Source: Tubiluchus corallicola
Taxonomy: Eukaryota; Animalia; Priapulida
NCBI GenBank assembly: GCA_030141605.1
Contig: JAQGDQ010000561.1
Span: 1 to 64,000, forward strand
DNA: 64,000 nucleotides
Direction: 5' to 3'
Under the pieces are notes generated by a model. That model made no database searches, was not told where the DNA came from, and worked only from the letters and a program-made list of their open reading frames with translations. Shown piece after piece: positions 48,001-61,362 of the stretch. The first letter of the stretch is position 1. Every line of letters begins with the position of its first letter. Both the position numbers and the translations under genes were made by a program.

Positions 48001-51000
48001 GATAGCATTTCGACCACCGCTCCGAACTCCAGCAACACAAAGTAATGGGCATCAATCTCCAGCAAACAAACACTCAATCAGTAATGATAAAACCGTGCAA
48101 TTATTATGGGCAGTACAGTTAGTGATCGATCAAAAAAAATTAAACATTGAAAACTTTTTTATTGATATTACTATCACAATGGATTTTCAAAATAGGCTAT
48201 GATTCCTGGTTATGATCAAGTTCAATTCAACTTAACTCAAACATAAATTTATTTTCATATACAAGATATAAATGAAACAGTAAATGTCAGGTATCATAAC
48301 AGAAAGAGGATCCATCGAGGATCAAACAATTTAACACTTGATGCATTATGCTATCACGTGATAGTGAGCACCTAAGTATCAAGTCCTAATTGCTGAGATG
48401 GAACTTTGAATTTATTGACAAACGAAAATATTTTGGTAAAATTTTGTGGGTAATAAGTTCTAGTGATATACAGATAATTATAAAGAGGAGTCATAGATGA
48501 GAACCATAACGCAGGTGAAACCTAGGTGCCCATTTTTTTAAAATGAGGCGGAGTAAGTTGAATGATTGATGTGAAATTATTGTTTAATAATGTTTAGTAA
48601 AAATTTTTATTTTATAATAAAGGTACGGTTTAAGATGGCGACTTGAGCTATGGTGATGGAGCAGATAAACTGAAGGCTCTCTCAATACTTAGGCTTCAGC
48701 AGCAACCATGGACTTATATGATCTTGAGAGACTTAGATACAAAAACCTCATGGAGTGAGGCTTTTGCTGGACAAAAAACTGGAGAGCGATGAGAGTTTGT
48801 CGATACAAAAAAATCAATACATATGTGTAATCGATACAAGAGCAAGGCACATGGGCTAGGAAAATAGCGAGTTGCTATTGGGCCCCAATGTGATGATTGA
48901 CAAAATGGCAGAAAATGCAGCAGAAATAGAGCCGAGTAAAGTGACTCAAACTGTATTTTAACAATACTACTTTGTTATGCATTTGAAAAGGTGCAGATAT
49001 GATTATTCCATTCATTAATTTCACTCATAATAAAAGAATGTTTACGAACATTTATTTTCCTTATCTTTCAAAATTTGGTCTTCAATAATGTACTTGTACT
49101 AACGCTAATATCACGAGCTCCAATACTTCGAAATAATAAATCTATAGTCTTAAACTTTAACTTCGTTACCCCAAACAGAACTTTTTATTAAATAAAAGGG
49201 GGGAATATCAAGCCTTCGAGTTCGAATGTAGAAATCAAATTCTTTATCATTAGAATGCTCACCCCTATTAAATACCCCATCCTCAAGGAAAGTCTCCTGG
49301 GAGATAGCATTTAGCAATTCAGCTTTGGTCAGGTTGAGCGCTTGTTAGAGCAATAATTTGCTTTTATTTACTGAGAAGAATAGGTAGTAGGTACACTTTA
49401 GACTGGTCGTGCACTAATACCGGATAATCATTATTTCATAATCTATCTATCTTGCTTGGCACTATCATGAATCATCATCATATGCCCATCACGCTTGTTG
49501 TAGGCATTGAGTAGACAGAATTTTAAGGTAAAATAAACCTGCTCTTCAGACAGGTAAACCCAGCAATTCAGCAAGAAATTAACTAGACACTTGCTTCGTA
49601 CTGGCGTAGCGAATGTGCGTGGTGTTTTGGATGAGTACACCTGGCGGTAGATAGGAAAAACCGTTAAATTATCAACGAGTTACTATATTGCGCCAGAATA
49701 TGATGACAACATGGCTGATGAAGTGTAAGTTTTGTAATTTCGTGTCTCAAAGAAAATATTTTACGACACCGTGACGTTTTCTACTACATCGTTTTATGGT
49801 TACAAGGGGTTCTAACATAGTGTATAATGCCATTATTGGCTCGTGATGACAACTGTACCAGCTTCAGGTAATTGATTGTGCTTTTTGAATTAGTGCAAAA
49901 CGATATTTACGGCGTGCGTATTTCCTCTCACTGAGATTATTTTTAGGTGTTCCTGCTTAATCGCTGCCTTTAAACTAAAAGTTAGCAAAACCTTATACAT
50001 AAAAACGCGCATGATCTTCGGTACTGGTTAAATCATATGTAAATATAAGGTGTATCATTGACATAGTATTAATTGATTCGACCAAGCTGCATTCAGGTTC
50101 AGATTAAATTTTTTGTTTCTTGCAATTGTACGCCAATATCAAGCGTTTTATGGCCAATATCAAGTACATAAGTAAAGAGAACTAAAATACTTTTAGAGAG
50201 AGTGTGGTGAAAGAACTGTAAAGGTTAGCAAGTCAGGCACACTTCCAGTTATTTGAATTTTTTTGAGGACGTCTAGCGACGATTTGAGTCGTTTGGTTGG
50301 AACGAACGACTTTCAAACTGAACTGATAATACAAGCGAATCAAACTAGTTTTAAGTAAGGTATGATAATAACTGCCAAAACAATATACTAAAATACAAAA
50401 ACACCTACAGATGTTATAGTAATTTTGCAAATTAAACAAACAGTTTAGAGACAAAATGTAAAACTGTCAAAACCGGGTAAGTGTAAAGTAACACATCACC
50501 TACACACACAGTAAGTGAGCAGTATACGATACAAGATAATATAAGATATAATTATTTTAGAACATTTTAGAAAATTGAAAGATATGCAGCTGAAATAACC
50601 GTGTAGTTAAGAAATGAACAAGCTGAAACGACAAATGCAACAATATAGCAAACTAATGAAATAAGCTAGAACTATTCATGGTGACATCTTGTCCAACTCA
50701 ATTCACTGTGATTTCATAATGGATGCTAAACATTACCACTAATGACCAAATGTTGCTTTTTGTTTTGACTGTTTCTTTTTATTTCTTATTTGCTTGAGTC
50801 GCTATAAAACTTGGTGCAGACGACTGCCGATATACTTCTGTACTGCAGATTTTGCAGTGAGAGCTTAACATGTGATTGGGCCTAATGTAACAAGTGTAGC
50901 TGCATCTTGGCAAAATAACGACGCTATTATAGTAGCACTTTAGGGATTTAATTCAGAAACTAGCAAAGGCCCCGCAAAAATATAATCAAAAATACGCGAA

Positions 51001-51739
51001 CATCCTACGTAGTCCTCATTTATAACGAAAAGCCAGTAGCAGCTTTTACTGAATTAAAGTTATAAGGTTATAGACAGAATATAATGGATGACGTCAGAAC
51101 AATGGCTTTGCGTCAGCAGTTTTCCAAGCGAAAATCGTGCATAATGGAACCTCCAATCTTAGTATATATATAGTAGCACTTTAGGGATTTAATTCAGAAA
51201 TGCACTTTTATGTGACCGAGTCAGATACATGAAAATTTTATAAAATTCTCAAGCAGGTGTACGATGAAAGAAATTGTGCTCGGGGGATTACCTGGAAACA
51301 AAAGTTTACTTATGTTTATTGTAGAGCTTGATGTGCAGTTAATGTGCTACACATATCTGTCATAATTAAGTTATCATCTAGTTGAAGCATTGCTCTGGTT
51401 CCACATTGTCTCTGTAACAGTTTGGGCTCATTGTTCACTGTGCAACTCACACAAAAATGCATAAATTAAGTGCTCCAGATTACTTCCATCTGTGTCCACA
51501 CTTCGATCTTCAAATTTTATATTTTAGTACATTTAATATCAGTAATCTACTCCCACAAATATTTCCCATTATTCTCATTTATTACACTATTACATGATAC
51601 TGTTTTCAGTATACATATACGTAAGCGCATAGGTAAATGAATGTGTATGAGTGTAGGAAAAATGGCACAAGAAAAAAATGACACACTTAGTAAAATGTAT
51701 ACGTAAGGTTAGAGTTACAGTGGAGGATAATTATTTTAG

Positions 51740-51930
51740 TTATTTTTGCCTCTGCGAAGGAAGTTATGCTTCAACACAGTTTGTTTGTTTGTCTGTTTGT
51801 TTGGTTGTTTTTTTTTGCTTCAGCACAGATTACGCAAAAACTATATAATATACGGTCACAATGCGACGTGATTCACTGCCCGTGGCTCAGCAGGGCTCTA
51901 AAAACAGAATCATTTTGATAAGTGTTCCCA
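51740..51930 (+). mobile_element. Helentron/DINE-1-like non-autonomous fragment
   Basis: ttatttttgcctctgcgaaggaagttatg, then a (GTTT/GTCT)n microsatellite, then gattacgcaaaaacta. Confidence 0.5.
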
Positions 51931-54900
51931 GTTCGCTGTATTTCATTCATAATTTTTCGTATTTTATCCTTTTTTCCATTTATTTTTTAATCATATTTTG
52001 CATTATAGCTTGTACTATGCAAGTGAGTTGCACACCAGGGATTGTATGTAGCATGGTGATATTTTCGTTACAAATTCTCCTCTGTGTAGAAGCTTCTCTT
52101 TTTTTATTTTGACGATGATCGTAAGGACTGTTAGGAAGAGGGAATTAGCTGAGCGTTCACGGTGTGCACTTAGCAACTTAGCAAAAGTTTAGCAATGCTG
52201 GACCTAGCTAATCTGAGCAGTCATGTTGTGCACTTAGCAACTTAGCGAAAGTTTAGCAATGCTGGACCTAGCTAATAAATGGATTAGTGACGGTGATTGT
52301 TAGAACAGTTTACTTTTGTCAGTTTCATCTGCTTTACCAGCACTGAAGCCTGAGACGCTTTCACCTGTTCATTTTCTTACCTTAGTGGATTATCCTTGAC
52401 TACCAGCTCGCACGCCTGCCTTGTTTAGGTTAGGGCGAAGTATAGGGGGAGGTATAGTGGGTCATGTACATCTATGAATTGTGCTTTGCGTGATGTGATC
52501 GAAATTTTGTCTGGGTTCGAATCTCGGCCTTGGCTTTGAGTTGTTTCACCCGGGAACATGGACACCTCTGCTGGTTCAGTGGCTTATGTAAAGGTTATCC
52601 TTGATAGTGAGCCAGTCTCCGGTCTTGCCTCAAATATGCCATTAAGTACTAGATTTTAACTTTGACTGTGTATAATTAAAGAGTATGATAAAACCTCCCA
52701 AGGCATTTTTTGTGTGCTTAAAATTTCTTTGAGTTTTCAAATACTTTCCATAAAATTTCGATAACCTTTCGTAACCTTCAGCTTGATCCATTTCAGTTAT
52801 TTGTATTGGACTGGTTGCCAAACATTGAGTGTTTCCACACTGGCACTAGTTAGTCACAAAGCAAATGTGGTGCTAAAATTATGGAACCAAATTTAATCAT
52901 CGATTTTCAAATATTTTCATTTATAAAATCTAAGCTTTCCTTGAAAAGGATGTTGTGGTTTTGAATTTTAATACATGTACCTGCTCGGTTTCATACAATA
53001 GACATAGAACCTTTATTTTCTCCAATTAGTTTGACATAAAAAGTTTTTTAAATATTACGTAATTATTATCATGGAGCAGGGCAGGGAAGGACCATAGGGT
53101 CATCTAGTCTCCTGCCCTTTCTTGTAAATAGATTAGTATATTAAAAATAAATGGTGATGCTGCAGATAAAAACAAAAACAAATAAGGAAAAATAATAATA
53201 AAAACAGTATAAATGATACAAATTATCAAAAAAGAAGTGAAAACAAAAAATAATAAAGTTAGATATCTAAACAAAACAATACAATTAATCAGTAATTATG
53301 ATTATTATATATAGTATCTTCAAATAGGGGTCTTATTAACAAGGGAATTTGACCAAGGTTAGTGAGTAAAGTTAAAAAAAACTGAGATTTACAAAGCATG
53401 AAATCTTTGCTTGTGAAATCCATTCTACTCTTTGAACTCTAGGCTTTCTGGAACCCGCAAATTACTTTGTTTTGAAAACCTCTCTTTGACTGAGAGAAGG
53501 AATTCAGTTTTTCTCAATATGCGGTTCATTTTTGTGATTCCTACGGGCTACAGACCGTGATAACAATTCTCCGAAACTGGCGACTTCTCTGTTGACTTTT
53601 TAAACTGCACAATGTGAAACGTTCAATCACGGTGCGATTGTGTGCAAAGAGATAGATGCCAATGTCAACACCGTAAAGATTTCGCGAGCTTGTAAAACCA
53701 AAAACAAGCTCTATCTGTCTTTCACAGTTACGTGCATCCAACGTGAAGTTTGCGTGTTTTTGTTTGGTGTAGCTGCGTTATTGTGTGTTTATTTTCTAAC
53801 ACTTTATTGCTAGATAATCGACTTCCTTGATGTTCTTAGCGATAAAGTATGGACTGATTTTGATGTTAGGCCGACAAGAAAATTACTTCTGTTTCCTCTA
53901 TTCGCCCGGGTGATATTTTTGTTATCGTTCACCCGGCTAAGAATTTTATCATTTTTCTGTATATTCATATACTTACCTGACACAGTCATATAAAAGCGTA
54001 TTTTTTAAATTAAAATGTAAAATGCAATAGCTATTATAACATTGTTCTTTCGGCGAGGGCACAGCTATGTTTTTCCATAGCTAAATCTCTGCTAGGATTA
54101 CAATTTTGTGTGACGCTGAGGATCGATTGGAAGCTAATAAGCATCGTATTTTCTGCCAAATTAGCGTATTAATGGCCGAGCAGTGTGGCCGCTTATATAC
54201 CTACCATAATTAATGTTCGTACCTTACAAAAAAGAGACTATACGATAATTTTGTAATGCAAAACAAAAAACTAATATAACATAGTGTGAAAATTTGTGCA
54301 TTGAAAAAATTTAAAACATTACTGCTAACCAGCGAGAAATAAATGATTTGAATTAACTTTAAATATTCCACGATTCAGCTGTAAACATTCACAAAATTTA
54401 AAAAAACTGTTTTTTTTCCAAAAAAAATTCCGGGGTCTCTCTACTGACTTCATTTGAGCTCATGAGATAAGTCTGAAACTAATTTTTTGTGGCCGGCCTT
54501 TGCTCCAAAGAGGTCGAACTCTTGAAAGAGGTCCAACTTCGAACTATGTTTGCATATTAACGCTCTGTCGTGTAAGGTATGAACACTATTTAAAGACGTT
54601 GTCCCTGTACTGATAACGTAAGGTGATACTATCTCTTCCACTCTTCAAATGCAAAAATTGGTGATTATAGATGATCAGCATGTTGATTGAATAAACTAAA
54701 CTTGCGTTCTCACTGTTATAAAGCAGTAATTGCTTATTCTGGTGAACTTTATTCGAATAATTTTGTTGGCCCGCCATGGGGAATCAGCGAGCACTCTGCA
54801 AGTACCGTTTTATGGGTTTTATGGATGTGAAATTAATCTTACGACCTGGAGAGATTCGAGCAAATTATTGTAGATGGTATTGATGCTTGTTTAAGTTACT

Positions 54901-55386
54901 GTGTAGTGTTTATATTAGTAAATTTATGTGATTTTGACGATTTTTTCACACAGAAATCGCATTTCAATTTATCGTGCCAGATGTGAGTGAAACTGTGCTA
55001 CAAGATTAAGTGAAGATGCTAGACATAGCAGCGAATAACCAAATGTCACATGCGCGTGCTGTCAAAGCACTGCTGTTTCTGCTTAGTGAGTGGATGGGTG
55101 ACTACCTTCAACGCTTGTTCTAGGCAGTTTTGTTCACTATACTGATTAAGGTCGTTTTTTGTACAGGATGAATGTATAAATACGTGCAAATATACTTAAG
55201 GCACCTCTGCTGGTTTACTGGCTCATCTTAGAGAGATATCCGCTATGATGAGCTAGGTTCCTGTCTCAGCTTGCCATCATTGAGTAAGCCGTACTGCTGA
55301 ATTGTGTGTTTACAGTGTGTTGAATTGTGTAAGAAAAGCTTGTGTTTCTCATTACAGGGTGCCGTGAAAGTGAGAAGAAAATAACC

Positions 55387-55600
55387 ATGAAATCGCCTAC
55401 CCCGTACATGTTTCGCGACGAAGTGAACGCCACCGCCAACTGGTTCATGAGATGGAACGAATGCGAACAGACGGTGGCGCTAGTGTCTCTGCTGAAGAAA
55501 GTGCAGCCGGTGCAGGCGCGGTTCTTCTGTCTTGTCCTGCAGCACATGTTAGCGGACAGTTCGGAAATACAGCAGCGAGAGAAGGAAGCTAACAGTTCGG
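55387..55600 (+). CDS. SAMD4: Smaug/SAMD4 homologue, first recognisable coding exon (gene continues downstream, probably beyond the window)
   Basis: [65 protein letters not shown] closely matches the SAMD4A N-terminus ([35 protein letters not shown]). Acceptor at 55357 and donor G|gtaagt at 55601. Confidence 0.92.
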
Positions 55601-55924
55601 GTAAGTAGACGGAAGTTGTGAGTATCGGCTGCCCGATGGAAGCCCTTTTTCTGCCATCGAATGTGGCTCTTCTCGAAGCAGTTTGGGTTAGCAAGTAGAA
55701 ATTGTGAACTAATGATACGAATGTATGCTGCGCAGGTGTATCAAGCTTATCGGGTGATGTAAGGGCACGCGAGACCGTTTTCTCTCACCCTCACGGGTAG
55801 CTCTTTTCCGAATAAGATCTGGCGACTTCTAAGTAAGCTTGTCTTGAGTCGCTTTAAAGGAGAAGAAATGCAATTTTAAAGTATGTCCGTAAAAACTTTC
55901 CACACAAAGTTATATTATTTAGTG

Positions 55925-56279
55925 CGGGGTGTGCAAATTATCTGACTAACCGGGCCACATTAAACTTTCCCGCAATTCCTGTGTGCCAGTTTGGTGAAGG
56001 AGCCAAGTACAGTAGGACCTAATAACGATTTTTCTGCATCTGATCTGTCACATCGTTACTACTACACTACTACACTCAAGAAACTATTTTAGAAGTTATT
56101 AAAATTTATATTAAAAACCACATATTTCGTCATGTCCGACAGTGACATTAAGTGACAACGGTCTTGTAAGGGTTAATGCCATCCAATCTAGAGCCAAAAA
56201 CTACCCGCATTATCTTTGCGATATTGGCGCAGACTTCAGCTGGATCTCGTGGGCTGCACTTTCATTACGTTGACAAACC
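55925..56279 (-). mobile_element. hAT-like MITE family A, copy 3 (truncated by the 67-bp array)
   Basis: Reverse complement of the 40465 copy; stops at the start of the array. Confidence 0.8.
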
Positions 56280-56280
56280 A

Positions 56281-57890
56281 GACAAATTTTTTAGCTTTTA
56301 TGTAAGTAAAGAGTTTCTTATGCATGTAAGTGATACAAAATTCCAAGACAAAATTTTTTTTAACTTTTGTGTAAGTAAAGAGTTTCTTACTCATGTAAGT
56401 GATACAAAATTTCAAGACAATTTTTTTTAACTTTTGTGTAAGTAAAGAGTTTCTTGTCCATGTAAGTGATACAAAATTTCAAGACAAATTTTTTTAACTT
56501 TTGTGTAAGTAAAGAGTTTCTTGCGCATGTAAGTGATACAAAATTCCAAGACAAATTTTTTTAACTTTTGTGTAAGTAAAGAGTTTCTTACGCATGTAAG
56601 TGATACAAAATTCCAAGACAAATTTTTTTAACTTTTGTGTAAGTAAAGAGTTTCTTGCGCATGTAAGTGATACAAAATTTCAAGACAAATTTTTTTAACT
56701 TTTGTGTAAGTAAAGAGTTTCTTACGCATGTAAGTGATACAAAATTTCAAGACAAAATTTTTTAACTTTTGTGTAAGTAAAGAGTTTCTTACTCATGTAA
56801 GTGATACAAAATTTCAAGACAAATTTTTTTTTAACTTTTGTGTAAGTAAAGAGTTTCTTACTCATGTAAGTGATACAAAATTCCAAGACAAAATTTTTTA
56901 ACTTTTGTGTAAGTAAAGAGTTTCTTACTCATGTAAGTGATACAAAATTCCAAGACAAAATTTTTTAACTTTTGTGTAAGTAAAGAGTTTCTTACTCATG
57001 TAAGTGATACAAAATTCCAAGACAAAATTTTTTAACTTTTGTGTAAGTAAAGAGTTTCTTACTCATGTAAGTGATACAAAATTCCAAGACAAAATTTTTT
57101 AACTTTTGTGTAAGTAAAGAGTTTCTTACTCATGTAAGTGATACAAAATTCCAAGACAAATTTTTTTTAACTTTTGTGTAAGTAAAGAGTTTCTTACTCA
57201 TGTAAGTGATACAAAATTCCAAGACAAAATTTTTTAACTTTTGTGTAAGTAAAGAGTTTCTTACTCATGTAAGTGATACAAAATTCCAAGACAAAATTTT
57301 TTAACTTTTGTGTAAGTAAAGAGTTTCTTACTCATGTAAGTGATACAAAATTCCAAGACAAAATTTTTTAACTTTTGTGTAAGTAAAGAGTTTCTTACTC
57401 ATGTAAGTGATACAAAATTCCAAGACAAAATTTTTTAACTTTTGTGTAAGTAAAGAGTTTCTTACTCATGTAAGTGATACAAAATTCCAAGACAAAATTT
57501 TTTAACTTTTGTGTAAGTAAAGAGTTTCTTACTCATGTAAGTGATACAAAATTCCAAGACAAAATTTTTTAACTTTTGTGTAAGTAAAGAGTTTCTTACT
57601 CATGTAAGTGATACAAAATTCCAAGACAAATTTTTTTTAGCTTTTGTGTAGGTAAAGCGTTTCTTACGCATGTAAGTGATACAAAATTCCAAGACAAAAT
57701 TTTTTTAGCTTTTGTGTAAGTAAAGCGTTTCTTACGCATGTAAGTGATACAAAATTCCAAGACAAAATTTTTTTAACTTTTGTGTAAGTAAAGAGTTTCT
57801 TATGCATGTAAGTGATACAAAATTTTCAATACAATTTTTTTAGCTTTTGTGTAAGTAAAGAGTTTCTTGCGCATGTAAGTGATACAAAAT
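56281..57890. repeat. 67-bp minisatellite (~24 copies) in the Smaug intron
   Basis: Unit gacaaaattttttaacttttgtgtaagtaaagagtttcttactcatgtaagtgatacaaaattccaa. Confidence 0.97.
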
Positions 57891-59261
57891 AAGTAAAACC
57901 AACCTTACAATTTCGACCATTTCTAAAATGCATTCGACTTATATATAAAATGCAAACGAATATATTACTTATTTGAAAGATGTCAGCTATTAGTCAGTTG
58001 GCTGAATCCGGAACAAACAGAAGGTTAATCAATCTCCTTTATTGACTTGTTGGCTATGTGACGGGATTAACTGCACACCAAAAGCGCTAAATATTGACCA
58101 TCTTGCCTTATATGGACGTGTAATCACACATGGATAGTGTGCTATGTTTAATTTCCCTATTTGTAGGCTAGTCAGTGGCCTCTCCCTTACAAGCATTGTA
58201 ATTATGTAATTGAGTCACTGATATCAGTGTATATACAGTCAAACTCGGGTATAATGTACTCGCTTATAAGGGGCACTCGATTATAAGGGACAACCAACAC
58301 CAGTGCCGATTTTTCGTAACGTTTTTCCCATGTAAAAATCTTCGTATATAAGGTACTCGGATATAAGGGACTTTCGGTTATAAGGGACGACGTCTTCAGG
58401 TCCCGCGTAATAGAAACCCAGGTAAAGTACCTCGCATATCAGTGACCCTACGATCAGAGCGAAATTGATCGATTTCAAACTTGACCTTCGAACAGCGCGA
58501 CGACCAAAAAAACTTGACCTATATGAAAGCATTTCAGAAGAGCTGTTCATACTATACTCTCTTGACGGAAAATCTTCAGGAGTTTAGGAAGAGAAGCCTC
58601 TTTGAAATAGTTATTTCTCGTATTTGTTAATATCTACCATTTCTCCGTAACTGATAGCCATTGAGAAGAGAGATACAGTATTGAAAACAGATTAGCATAA
58701 TATTTCCACCTCAGAATTTCTGTTTGTTTTGGCATTTTGCTTTGTTTTTATTTCTCTGGTTGGTTTGTTGTCTTTACTGCATAATTATTTTGTTCAGCAC
58801 AACAGGAAGGTCTCGTCATTCAATAACCAGCCGTTTTATTTTCATATAACGACTCGCGATGAAAATTCAAATAAATTTCGTCAATCTTTGTACAAAAACA
58901 CATCTGTTGATGGTGAAGCACGTCCGCATCAGTTTGATTAATTCGTGTTAATTTATTCATGATACAGCGCGGAGGTGTTTAATTATTGAGTGTGGGAGGC
59001 TGATGATCTCACCATTGCGCGTACGATCTATCCTCCACCTTTTCCTCACCTTTCGTGGGGTCTGTTTACAACAAGCCTCGGGGCTGTGTTATGTTTGTTC
59101 TGATGTTCACATACCGCTAATTCCAAACGCATGAGTGTGGAGTGGACTATAACGGAAGTCGGACAGTCATTTCGACAGTTTGTCAGTGTAAAACTGCTGT
59201 AGGGTGCTGAGTCTGGGTTATGTCAAATAAACGTTTTACCATTGTCTAACTAAGTACTTAA

Positions 59262-59721
59262 CCCTTTCAGTCCCAAATTATTTTTTTAATAAGAGGAAAT
59301 TTTTTGGCTTGGTACTTTTGTTCAGTATGTCCATCTTGTTTACACATAATAATTATTTTTTTCTACCTGTGCCCGCGTGCTAAGTATAGCCTGTATCCCA
59401 CGGGATACATTGGGATTCAATATAAGCATAAAATGTGCTTCATTTTGCAACTGTTGATAATTTTTTAAAGTATTCAAGACATTTAGTATGCACGCTATGC
59501 TGATCTGTACAAAGTCGTCTCTAAAGTACTGTACCTTGCGCAGGTTTTTATGCTACGTAGATTTTCTAGTTTACCATTTTATCACCATTTTTGGTCTATT
59601 GTTATTGGCTTAAATCAAAATAACTATTAACAGATCAAATAACTGTCAGTTTTAAAATTTTATTAATTTTAAAGGCAGAAAATGTTCTCGTATCCCACGG
59701 GATACAACGGGTATGAAAGGG
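59262..59721 (+). mobile_element. piggyBac-like MITE, copy 3
   Basis: Near-identical to 88..543; TTAA TSD. Confidence 0.9.
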
Positions 59722-59784
59722 TTAAAGTATTTGAACCAAAGTTGTGGAAAATAAAGAAATGGCACATGTAAAAAAAGTAGGACT

Positions 59785-59850
59785 CAAGATTGACTCTGGA
59801 CTTGAACCAAGGACTTCTGGATTATAAGCGTAGCGCAATGACCACCATAC
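59785..59850 (-). mobile_element. tRNA-derived SINE head / tRNA pseudogene fragment
   Basis: Minus strand gtatggtggtcattgcg..GGTTCAAGTCC (A/B boxes); no complete cloverleaf. Confidence 0.45.
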
Positions 59851-61111
59851 TGTTTTCCCCTATCTGTTAAGAAAGACACCTTGCTTCGAAACTGGGCAGG
59901 AATTTAGACTGGTTTCTGTCTTTAAGAAAAAACTTGCTTGGAAATTACGTAATGATAAATGATTTCTCTATGCGTAATATAAGTTATAATATGTTGAGTT
60001 AATATTGACGTAATGTTATAATAATGAGTTGAACGAAAGTTGTAATATGTTGCGTTCGGATGGTAACTGGAAGGGTACGACGCCATCTTTCGAGGCATTC
60101 CGTAGTTTTGCTCGTATGATGCTATTAAGTCTCGTTGGCTGATTGCTGAGATTCCAGTGATTGTTACATTGTTTCTGATCAATGTAAAAGCAGTGCTATA
60201 CAACGGATAGAAGCTGGAAAACTGCAGTGGGGTTATATCTGTGGCACCCAAAAGTGATGGGAGATTTTGAAATTTTTTTAATTCGATTACAATCTTGTTC
60301 TTGTTGTTTGATATCAGATTAATCTGTCGTGAAGCTCACGATTTCTTTATCTTATTTTATATTAGTTCTTAATTATGATCATTAGTCATATTATTACATT
60401 CTCTTTTGTTAAAACATTAAAAATCCCACACAAGAAATTTTAGCTATAAAATAAGTCTATTTCTTTATATAGAGTCTAAACTTTCATCCTTGAACTAGTA
60501 TGCATAACATTTACCTTCACTGAATTGCTGGCTTCCTTGCTTCATGGAAAAAACTTACCTGGTCAGTTGGCTTTCAGAGATCACTGAGTAAGCATGTGAC
60601 TTAAACTGAGAGAGCAATGTATAGTGTTGTTAATGATTTATATAAATAAAGCTCACCTGTATTCTACTTGAATTCTACCTGCATTCTGATGTCTCGGCAA
60701 TTACCTTCACAACTTCTTCCTATAATCTTTTGTAGTAATTTTTTTTATTTTAGCCGTATTTTGGAAACATTGCAGGCACTGAAATATAGCCTATAAACTT
60801 CACTACTCGAAAATTATTTTTTATAGACACGTACATTCATTAACTACTTTATTACTATGTCACACGTCACGTGAAAACGAATAAGAAGCCCCAGTTTGAA
60901 ACACTGTGGTTTGCAATTGTGTGCATTTTGTAAGGTGAGAAAAACGGAAGAAAAAATGCAAGAATTCAGTTTATTTTTGCTAAAACTCTTGCCTTTTAGT
61001 CAGTGTGTAACATGTATATTTTGCTCTCGATTAACTGAATTACAGTTCAATCGCCGATTGTATTGATTTATACGTGATTGTAATCTGGATTAATTCTACT
61101 GGTGTATATTT

Positions 61112-61362
61112 ATATATATATATATATATAAGATTCGAGACTACAGCTTCGACGACGGCACCATTTGCGGCGATCTATACATCAAACGAAAGGTCTCGAT
61201 CTAGTGTCGTGCCATTGGGGGTTTATTTTTCGAATCGGGCCCACCGGGACGAACGGGGGCGGGGGGCGGAAAACCTCCAAAATGGCCATTTTTCGGCCGT
61301 TTTTTGCAAAAGTTGTACGTCTGAGATCTGGAGAACGGGAACAGGCCATGGGTGGTGCTAGT
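61112..61362 (+). mobile_element. Helitron-like short element
   Basis: (TA)n at the 5' end, GC-rich body, 3' end ..gtgCTAG|t. Confidence 0.45.

Noticed and set aside
53969-53979. U1 snRNA 5' end ATACTTACCTG
   Set aside because: No U1 stem-loops or Sm site follow. It is just a minus-strand donor consensus, with no supported exon; similar at ~1185-1193.
56281-57890. CRISPR-like array
   Set aside because: Head-to-tail units with no unique spacers, in a eukaryotic context; the same applies to the other arrays.
58236-58450. Complete pogo-like element
   Set aside because: Only one TA|CAGTCAAACTCG end is visible; the partner TIR was not found, so the element could not be delimited.
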